The notes under the pieces were generated by a model that saw only the letters and a program-made list of their open reading frames with translations, had not been told where the DNA came from and searched no databases. A stretch of DNA of 64,000 nt from Azolla caroliniana (taxonomy: Eukaryota > Plantae > Polypodiophyta), in contig JBHGNT010000004.1 of NCBI GenBank assembly GCA_043228905.1, forward strand, positions 5,270,001-5,334,000, in the 5' to 3' direction. Of this stretch, positions 30,161 to 43,473 are shown piece by piece (the stretch's first letter is position 1; each line of letters begins with the position of its first letter). The translations under genes and the position numbers were made by a program.

Positions 30161-33008
30161 ATGGCAAACTTCACTCAAACAAGGAAATACTCGGTAGGTA
30201 AACTTACCACAAAGAACTATAGAATTTGGAAACCAAGGATGGAGCTACTACTTGATCTAGAGGAGCTACTTGAAGTCACTACCGGAACCTGTCAAGCATC
30301 GAAAAATACACAATCAGAAGCATGGAAAGATTGGAAAAACAAAGACAAAAGGGCAAAGCTCGAAATACTGCTACATGTAGAAGAAAAGCAAGCTGATGCC
30401 ATTCGAAAACTCGCAACTGCAGCAGAAATGTGGTCCAAACTAAAGGAAATGTTTGAACCACAAGATGGTACTACTAGAATCCATACTCTTGCTACCCTGT
30501 TTCACATGTGTGTTTTGCAGGAAGAAGAAGATGTTCTTACCTTCTTGGATACTTGGGAGACATATCTCGAAGAAGCCACCACTGCGGGAAATGAAATCTC
30601 AGAAGAAATGAAGATTGGGTTGCTATTGAGTAAACTTCCAGAATCCTAGAGTACGTTTGTCACCATGAATAGCCAAGGTAATTCTTTGTCTGATTTGATT
30701 ACCAATATCCGCCATGAAAAACTTCAGCGGCAATTAAAAGAATCCACTCAGTCTTTGGAAATGACTGCATCATTTAGCAAAACACAAAAATCACCTTATA
30801 ATAATATATATAGAGCTAAATCAGAAGCTTACAGAAGTGCAGAAATATCGAGTACCAGCAAGGTAAATGATGCTTGGAAAGCTTCAACAAAATAGTCCAA
30901 TGGTGGTTTCAAATTGATTTACAGATACTGTAAGAAAGAAGGGCATACAGAAAAGGTGTGTCGATTCAAGCAAGCTGTGGAAAACAAAAGACAATCACAA
31001 GCAAATAATGCAACATTAGAAGAAAAATCAAACTCGAAGTCAGAAGAATACACAGAATTTGGAGGAGATTCGGATGAAATACTAGAAGATGACAATATTT
31101 TGCAAGCATATCATGTCACTGCAGAAGAGACAAAAACTGAACATGATACATGGTACCTAGACATTGGAGCTACACATCACCTCACATATCGGAAGGAATG
31201 GTTAAATTTCTATCAGATTCTGTCCAATCCACTATCAGTTACTTTTGGAGACAACGGACGGAAAACATCAATTGGCAAAGGAAGCATTCAACTCAGATTG
31301 TCAGATAATCATGAGATTACAGTCCCAAATGTCTATTATGTACCAGGACTAGCTAAGCACCTGTTATCAGTTGGACAAGCAACTGTAGACGGACTAATAA
31401 TACAATTATGTAAAGAGAAAGCAATTCATTTTTTCAAAAATGGAAACACAAGTACATAGTTGGTGTGTCCCAAGGAGAAGCACTTATATCCAATATGGAG
31501 TCATCCTCCAAATGCATTCTCAGCAGTCCTGCAAAATCACAAGAAAAGATCTTCACTAACTCAATTATGGCATTGTCGGCTTGGGCATGTACACTATCAA
31601 GCACTACAACAATGTCAACAACAAAAAAGAGTTCAAGGGTTGCCATCCAAAATCTTCAATTCAGATTTCATGTGTGAAAGCTGTCTATTTGGAAAAATGA
31701 CACACCAACCATTTACAGACTGCTGTACAATGATAGAGCGTCTACTTCAACTCGTCCATACAGATCTATGTGGACCATTCCCGATACCATCCTTATCAGG
31801 TGCAAGGTATTTCATTTCGTTCATAGATTATACTACCAGATTCACAGTTGTAAGCTTTATTAAGAAAAAAAATCAAGCATTTGCAGCATTCTGCAAGTAT
31901 AAAAAATATGAAGAAAAACAAACATCAAGCACCATCAAGATACTTCACAGCAACAATGGAGGGGAATATATCTCTCATGAATGGGAAAAGTTTTGTCAAG
32001 AAAATGGTATACTTCACCAGAAAACGGTCCTGTACACACCACAACAGAATGGTGTGGCAGAAAGGAAAAATAGAACCTTGCTTAATGCAGCCCGCTGCAT
32101 GCTGAAAACTGGCCACATGGAGCAACATTTTTGGGAGGAGGCAATCTCCACTACTTGCTACCTGCAAAACAGATTTTCACATAGTGCATTAGGAAATGCA
32201 ATCCCTTTTACATTATGGTATGGCTATCCACCTAATGTTTCTCATCTTAAATTATTTGGTGCAGTTGCATATGTGTATGTCCATGAGCACCACAGATCCA
32301 AACTAGATGATCGGTGTTTCAAAGGAAGATTCATTGGATATGGTGACTCCAATGGCATGAAAGCATACAAAATCTACAACTCACAGACTGGTAAGGTGGT
32401 ATATAGTAGATCTGTTAAATTTGATGAAGACTGGTTATTTGATGAAGGTAAATCATCATCCAGAACCTTACATATGGATGGTGGAGCATCTATACAAGAA
32501 TTACAACCTGATGCTGCTGAAGGAGATACAACAATCAAGGATGCTCAAAGAATCAAAACGAGTACAAGACCATATGGGAAGGGATTCATACTTGGGAAGC
32601 AAGCAACACATGCTTGGGCAAACTCACCACCACGATCGATATCTACTACAACAGAAACATCAACACAAGATCGGACAAAGAAAGGGAAAACTCGATCTCT
32701 ACGCGAAATCTATGATGCTACAAATATGATAGAGAACTGCTTCGTATCTATTGTAGATTCAGATGTTTCTGCATTACATTCATATGTTACAGATGATACA
32801 GTTTCATTTGTTCCTATACTTACATTGAGACAGGTTATACAAAGCCCAAACAAAGACAAATGGCTAGAGGCAGTACAAGTTGAGGCTGATGCACTATACA
32901 AGAATCACACATGGACAATTGTCCAAAAGCCACCTAACTCAAATGTGGTAAGTCGTAAGTGGTTGTTTACAAAGAAATATGATTCCCATGGGAATATTCG
33001 CTTTACGG
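30161..33008 (+). pseudogene. Copia B gag-protease-integrase and RT start (in-frame stops)
   Basis: CKKEGHTEKVC knuckle, WYLDIGATHH protease, LWHCRLGH and VHTDLCGP integrase motifs. Confidence 0.9.
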
Positions 33009-33653
33009 TGTCGCGTTACTACACGTGTGCGTGGAGAAACGAGGCGGGACCACCGGGGTCTTGAACCGAAGAGCAGGTGATAGGAGGGGAAAGAGAAGGA
33101 GAGAGATGACCGGTTACGTATGAGCAAAGAAACACAGGGACACGGCCCGTCAACGCAGAAAACACGAATGGACATAGAGACAGAGAGACACAAAAGTTTG
33201 TATATTAACGAATAACAAATACACAACAGAGCACGCGAGCGGTTACAACCGAACAGGCCGGCCAACAGATGCCGATGCCTGTTCGTCTGGGCACGAAAGG
33301 GGAAAAGGATGGAGGTGCTGCCGGAAGCACACGAGTGTTCCTTGAAGCAGCGCGAGCCTCCCGAAAACCTGCAGAGAAGAGCGATGGAGAACAAACAGAG
33401 GAGAAGCGTTCGGTTACGGTCCGACAACACTTCGTCCTCCTCAATGCGCGATCCCCCTTCTCCCCCGCGTCTCCCTCTCTTTTATAGCTTCAAGAAGGGA
33501 GCCGTCTCCCTCATTTACTTCCCACCTACTGAATCTAACTACCCAGGATACACCTATGTACCTAATTCTCTATTATATACATTAAGGGGCGCGCACGCGT
33601 GAAGAGCTGGTTCACGCGCGATATGCACTGATTGCTCTAAGGGACGGTTTTCT

Positions 33654-36600
33654 TCACGACATCCGCCCCCACCTAACCGCGCATCCACCGGTATGCGCCA
33701 AAATTGTGTTCTGGTTGGAGAAAACCGGTCCGGGTTCCGGTTCCCCGTCCATCGGTTTGTCCTCCGTCTCGGACTGTTCGTCGTCGTTGTTCAGGCCTCT
33801 TAGATCCGGTTCGCCGTCGTGGCGCTTCTTGAACGCTTTGATCCGTTTCCCTGCTACCGGTATCGCCATCCTCGTACCATCGAGTTCCGCCAGGTGATAC
33901 GTCCCGTTGTCGTTGGCGCTCGTTACCACGTAAGGCCCGAACCACCGCTTTGCAAACTTCCGTGTTGCCCGGTGCTGGTTGTCGAGGCTACTGTCGTAAA
34001 CTAGCACCCAGTCGCCTTCCTCGATTTTCTTTGGTCGGAGCCGGTGCGTTCGGTCGAACCGGGCTTTGTTCTTCATCCTCGCCGTCCGAAGTCTCTCCGC
34101 CGCTTGTTCCACGTCCTCTGGCCTCCACTCGAGTTGCCGTATACGCGCGGCTAGCAGTTCTTCCCGACTCATCTCGTCTCTCCAGTCTACTGTCGCCCAA
34201 GAGGAGATCATCCGTTCCATCGGCATGATCGGTTTCTGTCCGAACATGAGCTCTGACGGCATGAACCCGGTTACCGAACTGTGCGTTGTCCGGTCCGCCC
34301 ACAAGGCATAAGGTAACAGCCGTGGCCAGTTCCCGACCTGGCCTCCGCATGCCCGGACTAGCGCTTTGACGATCGGTCCGTGTCCGCGCTCCACCTTCCC
34401 GTTCGCCTCCGGATTGTACGCTGTGGTGAGCGAGAGCTTGACCCCTAACCAGTCGAACAACTCCTCGGCCTCTTCGGCGTCCAACTCCCCGCGGTCAGCC
34501 ACGATCTTCCCGACGCACCCGTACCGGCATATCACGTCCTCGATCAGGAACCGACACATGGCCGTGGTCGTTTTGTTCTGCAGGGCTTGGCCTTCCACCT
34601 AGTTTGTCAGGTCCTCCCGGGCCAGCACCAGATATCGCATCTACCCTACGCCCATCGGCATCGTCACCAAATCTACCATCCATTTGAAGTGGATGGTCGG
34701 AGGGTATGTAGGGTGAAGCTCGTCCCGATGTCGGACTATGGAGTGCACCTGACAACTCTCACAAGTTGTCACGAACCGATGCACGTCCCGGTACAGTCCC
34801 GGCCACCAGTACTTCCCCTTCAGTTTCTCGAATGTGGCCCACGTCCCACGGTGTCCAGCCCAGGGGCTGTCGTGGTAGGCCTTCAACAACTCCTTCTGTT
34901 CCTCCTCCATCGCCACCACTCGGAGTGGGATGCCGTTTCTCTTCTTCGGGTGCTTCCATAAGTATCCTCCCCGGAGAAAGAATCGGTACGCTTTCTTCCG
35001 GATCCGGTTGGCCTCGTTCTTTGTCCATGACGTGTCCGGCGTCATCGTCCTCAAGAATCCCCCAATCTGCAGTCACTCCCCGTTGTACTTGCTCTCGTCG
35101 AAATCGTTAAGCGCCGGAGTGCTCCCTCCCTTGGTTGTTATGTAACCCGCCTCGAAGAAGTCCACGCCGACTTCCTTGTCCTCCGAAACCATGCCGCCCT
35201 CGTCGTCGAATTGCGCCCTTGAAAGCATGTCGGCCATGGCATTGTCTTTCCCGGAAATGTGTCGTATTTCCGGATCCAGGGACTTGATGTACGCTATCCA
35301 CTTGAGCATTGCTAGGTCCGGGGTTGCGCATCCGGAAACCATGCCGAGAATCGGTAGGCAGTCCTTCTCGATAATCACCTCTGTCCCGATCAGATAGTCT
35401 TTATCGGCCTTCACCGCCGAAACGATACCCTAGAGTTCGCGTTTAACCTGGGCGTATCCTCGCTGTCGCTCGCTGAGGACATTCACGCCGAACCGGATTG
35501 GGAACCGAATGCCGTCCTCATCTTCTTGGTTGACGACCCATCCGATCCCGGTCGGACTTGTATCTACCGTTATGTAGATGGGAGTACCTTTCTCGTAGAC
35601 AGCCTTCCGGAGTGCTGGAGCTGCAGCAAGAGCCTCCTTCATCTTTCGGACCGACTCCGTATGCTCGTCCCGCCACTCGAATTTTCGCCCCTTTTTTAGC
35701 AACCCATATAGCGGTTCGGCAACGTGGGCGTAATGCGGGATCCATATGTGGTAGAACGCACATGCTCCCAAGAACCTCCGTATTTCCGTGACCGAGTTAC
35801 AGTCGGGCTTCATTGCGGAGATCGCTTCCACCTTAGCCGGAGACGGTTTCCGGCCATACGGTCCGCATAGATGTCCGACGAGTACTCTGCGTTGATACCA
35901 GAAGGCCGATTTCTCTCCAGAGAAGGTGAGCCTCGCGTCCTCTAGCCTCTGCAACACCCTCTCGCAGTCGTCAATGTGTGTCGCCACGAATTTCCGGCAT
36001 CCGTCCGGTCCGATCGTTTCGTCCTTGTCCTCCACCGGACATCCCTTGATCGGGATATCGTCCAAGAATGGCATGGTGACGTCCGAGATACAATCCCTCA
36101 GCACGTTGTTCATCGCATTCACCATGTGGGCCACCGAGTTCGTCCCTCCTTGTGGCAGGGTACACATCCGCACGAGGCTGAGAGGAGTCCGCATCGTCGT
36201 AATGTCTCTGCTCTCTACGGCTAGTTGGAACTGATCGTACCCCGAGTACAGATCACCGATCGAGTAGATCGACCTTCCGGCGAAGGCCTCCGCAAACTCG
36301 TCTATCGTTGGTCCGATTCCTGCGTTCCGAATGGTCACTCTGTTGACCGGTTGCAGGTCTTGAATGAAGCGCAACCTCCCGTTCTTCTTCGGTATGGTAA
36401 ACCACCGGTTCGAGTACGGGGCACTCGACGGTTCGAGGATGCCCATATCGATTTTCTGCCTCAACAGCTCCATCAGCTCCGGGATGTGAGCTCTCGGTAC
36501 TGGAATTGGTTTGAGATTCCACGGCACATGCGGTACCGTGAATATCACCATCGGCTTCACGACTGTCGGGTCTACGCACCCGATCTCTTCCGGTGAGAAT

Positions 36601-38965
36601 GCGAAGGCTTTCCCGTGCCTTCCGAGCATTCTCCGAAACCGGTCTTCTTCCGCCGGCAGTAGGAAACCGCCCCCACCGATTTTGAGCTCCCGTAGCGTTC
36701 TGTCGGTGAAGGTGTGTCCTATGCAGGCCGGATCTCGTAAACTGGGGTCCGACGCGACCCCCTTGATTCGCAACTCGCTGCCCTCCGGTAAGGGTGCCAC
36801 GACTGACCTTACCTTCTGGTCCACAGTCTTGTACTTCGTGTTAACCTGGGCCGTCCGATCCGACTCGAGCCCCCGACTGAAGTCCGCGATGACTTCGTAC
36901 ATCTCTTCTGAACAAACCGGTATCGTCCGGTCCTCTTTAAGTCCTTCTCCGATCACCTCTCGCAGTATTCCTAAGGTATCGTCGAAGGAGACCGCCTCCA
37001 CGGCTCCGTTGATTTCTTCGCTGGGACCGAGAACTCCGCACGCCCGAAGTCGCTCTTCCGTCCTTGTCTTTTCTCAGCCAACGACGCCGACTATCGTACA
37101 CCCTCCGTTGTCGGAGAAACAAAACTTCCTACTTATGGTACAAGGTTTCTTCGGTTTCACTTCTATCGTACATTTGTGGGGTTTTCCCGGAGTGTCCGGA
37201 CTGTTGCGGCCCCACGCCTTGACAACCCTCTCTAAAAATCCTCTCGGTTCTCGTCACTGAGGGACTCGCAGTTTCGCTCGTGGTTCGGTCGCACCGTTAG
37301 GAACTGGACCGAATGACGCCCGTCCTGACTCTTGACCCTCGCATAAGCCGACCCGTTGTCCAGCACCTTGGTCTCCATTTGCGCTGCCGTAATGTATGGT
37401 TCTCCCAGTATGACCGGGTGCGAGGACGTCTCCTGCACAAAGAAGTGCTGGTCTATCTCGACGTCGCCGATCTTGACTCTCACGTTTGGGCAGGCCCTGT
37501 GTAGTTCCTCGGTGGCACGCGTCATCGCCCGTATCTTCCACCCGTGCTTGGTGTTGATCGGCCATTTCCCCTTCTTGTAGAAGTCCATGGACATCAGGTT
37601 TAAACCCTAAACCCTAAACCCTAAACCCTAAACCGGTTTTACCTACTCGTTTGTCTTCAACCAGAGCCTAGTAGTTCTGGCAAGCTGCTTCGACGAAACC
37701 CGTCTTTTCTTCGACCGGGTCACTCCGCCCGGTTACCTCCTGGACCCGCTTCTCCGCGCAGTCCGCCTCGTCTCTCTTTAGTCGGGCACCGGCGAGGCCT
37801 TCCAGCACCGTCGGCCAGAACCCGGCTTTGCTCTCCTTCCGGGCCTCGCTGCCTCCGACCCAAATACCAGCTGACGCTGAGTAGTGGACGGTCTCCGTGT
37901 GCCGGGCCGCCGCCTCTTCCATCAGCCTTTTCATTCCTCCTCGCCCGTCGTTTCGGTTTAGGGCCCTCCGGGTATCGCTTGCATGCACCCGACCTTCCCA
38001 CAGGTACACTACCCGGCTTCTCAAAGCCTCCGCAAAGTCCCCGCAGTCTTTCCGAATGTGGCCGACCTCGTCGCACCACATGCACCTATTTCCTGCCGGA
38101 GGCCGTCGGTCACGAGCCTGATCGCCGCCTTCCCTCCGAGCTTGGGCGATCTGGAGATCCTTTACTGCCCGTGTCAACTCCTCCAAAGTTGTCCCCCCGG
38201 ACGAGCCTCTGACCACGCCGGTCGAAGCCGAACCGGTTTCGGGCCACTCCTGGGTCTCTTCCCGTCGCGCCTGCGGTATCGGTTCAAGATTCCTTGCTGC
38301 GACAGGACCTGCCCCGGTCACCCCTGTATCAGCCCACTCCCACCATTTGTCAAAACGGCCGCAGACTCTTTTTACCGCGGCCCAGTCGGCCGTCAGCCCT
38401 CTTCGGTTTCCAGTAAGGAGCCCACTTGCTCCCGATCCCGTGCGTCAACCGATTTGACAAACAGTAGGACACGACTTGTGTCCAAAACAGTCCGATCGAG
38501 CGCCGAAAGGCACGCAAAGCGATCCTCAAACTCCCGGAGGAGTGCCGACACATTTCTTCCTTTGTTGGGGGACTCCACCCACTCCATGAAGCCCCGCTTC
38601 GAAAGTCGAAGCGCGTCATCCAACCCGTATTTCTCCAGGAGCCGTCCTTCGAACTCCTCCCAGGTCCGGCTCTCCGCCCGGACCTCGAGCACCTCCGCAT
38701 GGATGCCCGGCATCGCCACTCGAGGGAATCCGGCAAGACTCCTCTCTTCCGGAATATCCCTCATCAACATCTCCACCCGGTAGGACGCCAAATAACTCGT
38801 GGCATCCTTTCTACTGAACCGGCCGATCATACCGACGATCGCCTCAATAGCCCTGTCAAGGGCGCTGGTGCCCTCGCGTGCGCTCACTATCCGGTCCACG
38901 GCCGAAGCCATGGCCTCTGCAAGATCCGACCCTCTCATCTTCTGCTCCTCTGCCGCCTTGTTCAC
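33654..38965 (-). pseudogene. Element C gag-pol (broken): gag 38965-37668, partial protease 37594-37232, RT 37001-35430, RNase H 35414-35073, integrase 35054-33654
   Basis: CMWCDEVGHIRKDC knuckle, DLYSGYDQF / LPQG / FLDD RT motifs, HDSPWAGH...CESCQ zinc finger, ADRG / NGKVER integrase core. Confidence 0.9.
37601..37634. repeat. Interstitial telomeric repeat (TAAACCC)4TAAACC
   Basis: Plant-type telomere motif embedded between the gag and protease remnants of C. Confidence 0.95.
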
Positions 38966-41159
38966 GTCGGGTTCACCAAATATGTCGCGTTACTATGCGC
39001 GTGCGTGGAGAAACGAGGCGGGACCACTGGGGTCTTGAACCGAAGAGCAGGTGATAGGAGGGGAAAGAGAAGGAGAGAGACGACCGGTTACGTATGAGCA
39101 AAGAAACACAGGGACACGGCCCGTCAACGCAGAAAACACGAATGGACACAGAGACAGAGAGACACGAAAGTTTGTATATTAACGAATAACAAATACACAA
39201 CAGAGCATGCGAGCGGTTACAACCGAACAGGCCGGCGAACAGATGCCGATGCCTGTTCGTCTGCGCACGAAAGTGGAAAAGGATGGAGGTGCTGCCGGAA
39301 GCACACGGGCGTTCCTCGAAGCAGCGCGAGCCTCCCGAAAACCTGCAGAGAAGAGCGATGGAGAACAAACAGAGGAGAAGCGTTCGGTTACGGTCCGACA
39401 ACACTTCGTCCTCCTCAATGCGCGATCCCCCTTCTCCCCCGCGTCTCCCTCTCTTTTATAGCTTCAAGAAGGGAGCCGTCTCCCTCATTTACTTCCCACC
39501 TACCGAATCTAACTACCCAGGATACACCTATGTACCTAATTCTCTATTATATACATTAAGGGGCGCGCACGCGTGAAGAGCCGGTTCACGCGCGATATGC
39601 ACCGATTGCTCTAAGGGACGGTTTTCTTCACAACAACAGCACGACTTGTTGCAAGGGGTTTCACTCAAATTCCCGGTGTGGATTATCATGAGACTTTTTC
39701 TCCTACACTCAAACTCACCTATCTCCATCTTATTTTTGCAATCACTGCCTACCAACTTTCTTACATGGAGATTTGAAGGAAGAAATCTACATGGAGCAAC
39801 CACAACTCTTGAAGGATGAATCAAATCCCAGCTATGTCTGCAAATTGTATAAACCATTATATGGTTTAAAGCAGTCTCCCAGGAAATGGTATGCAAAACT
39901 TCATAGATTTCTTCTCACAAATAGTTTTGTTCAATTACAGTCCGAGCCAACTTTGTATGTTCAAAAGATAGATCACAATTTTCTTCTTTTGGGTGTCTAT
40001 GTGGATGACCTTCCTATTGCTAGCACCTTTGAGGCTGACATTCTTCAATTTGTCAACGACTTACAACAAACTTTTCCCACCAAACATCTTGGTGAGCTAG
40101 AATATTTCCTTGAACTGGAGGTCAACCAGAATCGAAGTCTTGGCACTCTATCGGTATCTCAATGCAAACTAGTTGACAACATCTTGCATAAATATGATAT
40201 GATGACTTATTCTCTAGTTGCCACTCCTCTCACAATCCCTTGTCATCTCTCCACCTCTGACTCTCCCTCTACAAATGAAGAAGAATCCTTCATGCAAAGT
40301 ATACCCTACCGCCATATTCTAGGTAGTTTAAGATACTTGGTGTCATGATGATATACTTGGTTAACTTGTCTTTGTGGTTTATGTGGACAATTCACAACAA
40401 TATGCCCTGGACCACCACAATAGAGGCATAGACAACTCGCTCGCCGTCGTTGCTTTTCAGCATCCGATAATGGTCCTCAACGTCGTGTTGTCTCGATTTC
40501 CATTGGAGTAGGGCCTTCCACCACACTTGACTTTGATACTTGGGGTGGAGTTGCAACCACTGAAGCATATGTTTTTGTTGGTCGGAAGCGTAACATGTGT
40601 TGGTGCTCAGAACGCTGCTCAGTAAGTCGGGCCATGTGATGTGACAATCGCTTATTTGAGCGGCGTTCTGAGCGCCAACAAATGTTACGCTTCCGACCAA
40701 CAGAAACATATGCTTCGGTGGTTGCAACTCCACCCCAAGTATCAAAGTCAAGTGTGGTGGAAGGCCCTACTCCAATAGAAATCGAGACAACACGACGTCT
40801 GTCATGACGACATACATTTTGGCCTTGCAAGGATTCGAGCCCAAGACGTTTTGGTCTATATGTTAGACCTTTAATCATTATACTAACATATATGATGTAT
40901 AATTATAATAAATGTATTCTTAGTTATTACAAGATATTTAGAGTATTCTAGAACATTCTAGGATATTCCATGATTATATTAAATATCATAAATATCTAAA
41001 ATATTCTAGAACATTCTAGAATACTCCATAAGGACCTATAAATAGGTGTCTATTCATTTATCACAACTCATTCGGTTCAACATTAGTTTGTAGCCCCTTA
41101 TCCTACTCTTTGTAATCCTTGCTCACTTATAATATAAACTCTCTTTCCATTTCTAGTGT

Positions 41160-41209
<50 letters not shown>

Positions 41210-43214
41210 TACCTTCTATTGTCATCTTATTTTTCTCTCTCCTATTCTCAAGTCACGACAGTTTGAACCAAATCTATCTCTTTTCTTCTTCTCCAACTTC
41301 TTCTTCTTATCTTAACCTTATTCAAGCAAATCTAGCAATTTTCTATCGCAACTATGGAGTCCATCAGCAAGCAAGAATATATGCGTGTTTTCTCCGAGCT
41401 CGAAATGCTAACAACCAAATTCGTGGCACTAGAGCATGAAAATCAAAGATTGCTGGGAGACCTACAACAAGTAGGTGCTGAGAAAGTATAACAATATGAA
41501 GAATTATCTCAATGGGTGCATCAATTGGAGACTACTCTATTGCAACGACAAGCGGCGGAAGTTCAAACCTCGCCGAAGGAACCCAAGATTAGTCTACCGA
41601 CCAAGTTTGATGGTACAAGGTCTCAATTTCGTGGATTTTTAAATTAGGAACGGCTTGTGATTAAATTGCATCCTAGCTGTTACCCAACTGATGTTGCTTG
41701 TGTGGGTATAGTTGGTACTTGTTAACGGGTACCGCATTAGTGTGGTTTGCACCACTCCTAGAGAAGCACTCACCATTATTAGAAGATTTTGAAGGGTTTA
41801 TTAATGAGTTCCAAGCCAACTTTGGAGACACTGATAGTATAAGGACTACAATAAACAAAATTCGGCGATTACGGCAAGGAGATCGTCCTACTTCCGCTTA
41901 TGCTGTAGATTTTCGTCTTCTAGCATGTGATATTCCATGGGACAAGGCGGCATTAATGGACCAATTTCGTCAAGGTCTGCGCAATGATGTGAAGGATTTA
42001 CTTCTTACCTTCCATGATGATCCAAAATCTCTTACTGAAGCAGTAAGCCGGGCCGTGCGATGTGACAATCGCTTATTTGAGTTGAACCGAATGAGTTGTG
42101 ATGAATGAATAGACACCTATTTATAGATCCTTATGGAGTATTCTAGAATGTTCTAGAATATTTTAGATATTTATGATATTTAATATAATCATGGAATATC
42201 CTAGAATGTTCTAGAATGTTGGGATTTACGGTCCCTCCGGATGGGATGTCCGGATACGAATGACGGCAAGCCCGGTTGCGGTTACGGAACCAGAGGATGA
42301 AGGGTACCCGGCATGAAGCCGGATGAAGACCCGGCTACGGAGCCGGATGACGAAGACCCGGCTACGGAGCCGGATGATGAATGTACCCGGAGAGAGATCC
42401 GGATGCGGGGACATATTTGTGAATATGTTTGCCAAGGGCCCTTGAGGCTATATTTGTAAATAGCCCGAAAGTCATATGTGTATAAATATGACTTAGGGCA
42501 AACAGTTTAGATGTTGCTGCTCATTTTCTGTTTTCCACGAAGAGGGAGCGAAGTGAGAGCAGCCGAGAGAGTGTGAGAGAGAAGGAGGAAGGAAGAGGTC
42601 GACGCCTCTGTGTAATACCGCCGCCTGTGGCGAGGACAGCGAGCTCAAGGTCGTCGCCTTGCAGCTCGCCATTGTACATTCCCACGTATAGTGATAGTTG
42701 GAGTCTTGCACTCCCGTGGTTTTTCCCATTTAGGGTTTTCCACGTAAAACTTCCAGTGTGTACTCTTCTCTATTGTTTTTCGTGCACTGTTGTATTTCCC
42801 GTTTTCTGTGAATCGATCCTGTTCCTCGGTTGTGGCCGAGCGCGGAATTTCTACAAACTGGTATCAGAGCACGGTTAACACAGAAAATGGAAGGCGGCGG
42901 TAGTGGGCCTCCGGGCATGATGGTTGTCATAACTAGACTCGAACCCATAACCTTTTGTTACACGGGTCGAGACTTTACCATTAGGTTATGAGTTGTAATT
43001 TGAAGGATATTATTTTCATTTAGGTTTTATTAGGAAATTGATGTATATTCCAGATTTCTCTGGAACATTCTAGAAACTTCAGGAGTATTCCTGAAGACAC
43101 TATAAAAGGAGGCGCAAGGCATTAGTTCGAACCAAATCGGTTCAACGCCAGTCTTAAGCCTTCTAACTACTGTTGTATATCTTCCGTCATATAATACATA
43201 TATCTTTCGCATCA

Positions 43215-43252
<38 letters not shown>

Positions 43253-43473
43253 ACTCATTCCTTCTCTCAAAGTTCGACACCTCTCATAGTACTAATCCTT
43301 CTCTGTCTTAGTACTATTCCCCAACAATAGTACTAATCCTTCTTTTAGTACTAATTCCTTCTCTGCCTTAATAGAGTTCCTGACAGTTTGAACCGATTTC
43401 CCCTACTAGTCTCCCTCTTCCTTCTGTCTCTCTCCTTTCCTACTAGTCTCTTATTTCCCTTTTCCTTCATCCC

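Larger units (their letters stand above)
33009..39635 (-). mobile_element. Ty3/Gypsy non-chromovirus element C (Phygy/Selgy-like); LTRs 38983-39635 (5') and 33009-33661 (3')
   Basis: 653-bp paired LTRs, 4-bp TSD ACGG/ACAG whose removal restores host [14 protein letters not shown] complementary to the tRNA-Trp 3' end (38961-38978), PPT 33662-33673. Order gag-PR-RT(FLDD)-RH-INT, with stops. Confidence 0.93.

Noticed and set aside
42300-42400. CRISPR-like short repeats
   Set aside because: These are tandem 24-27 bp units without unique spacers inside a Copia LTR, in a eukaryotic context with no cas genes.
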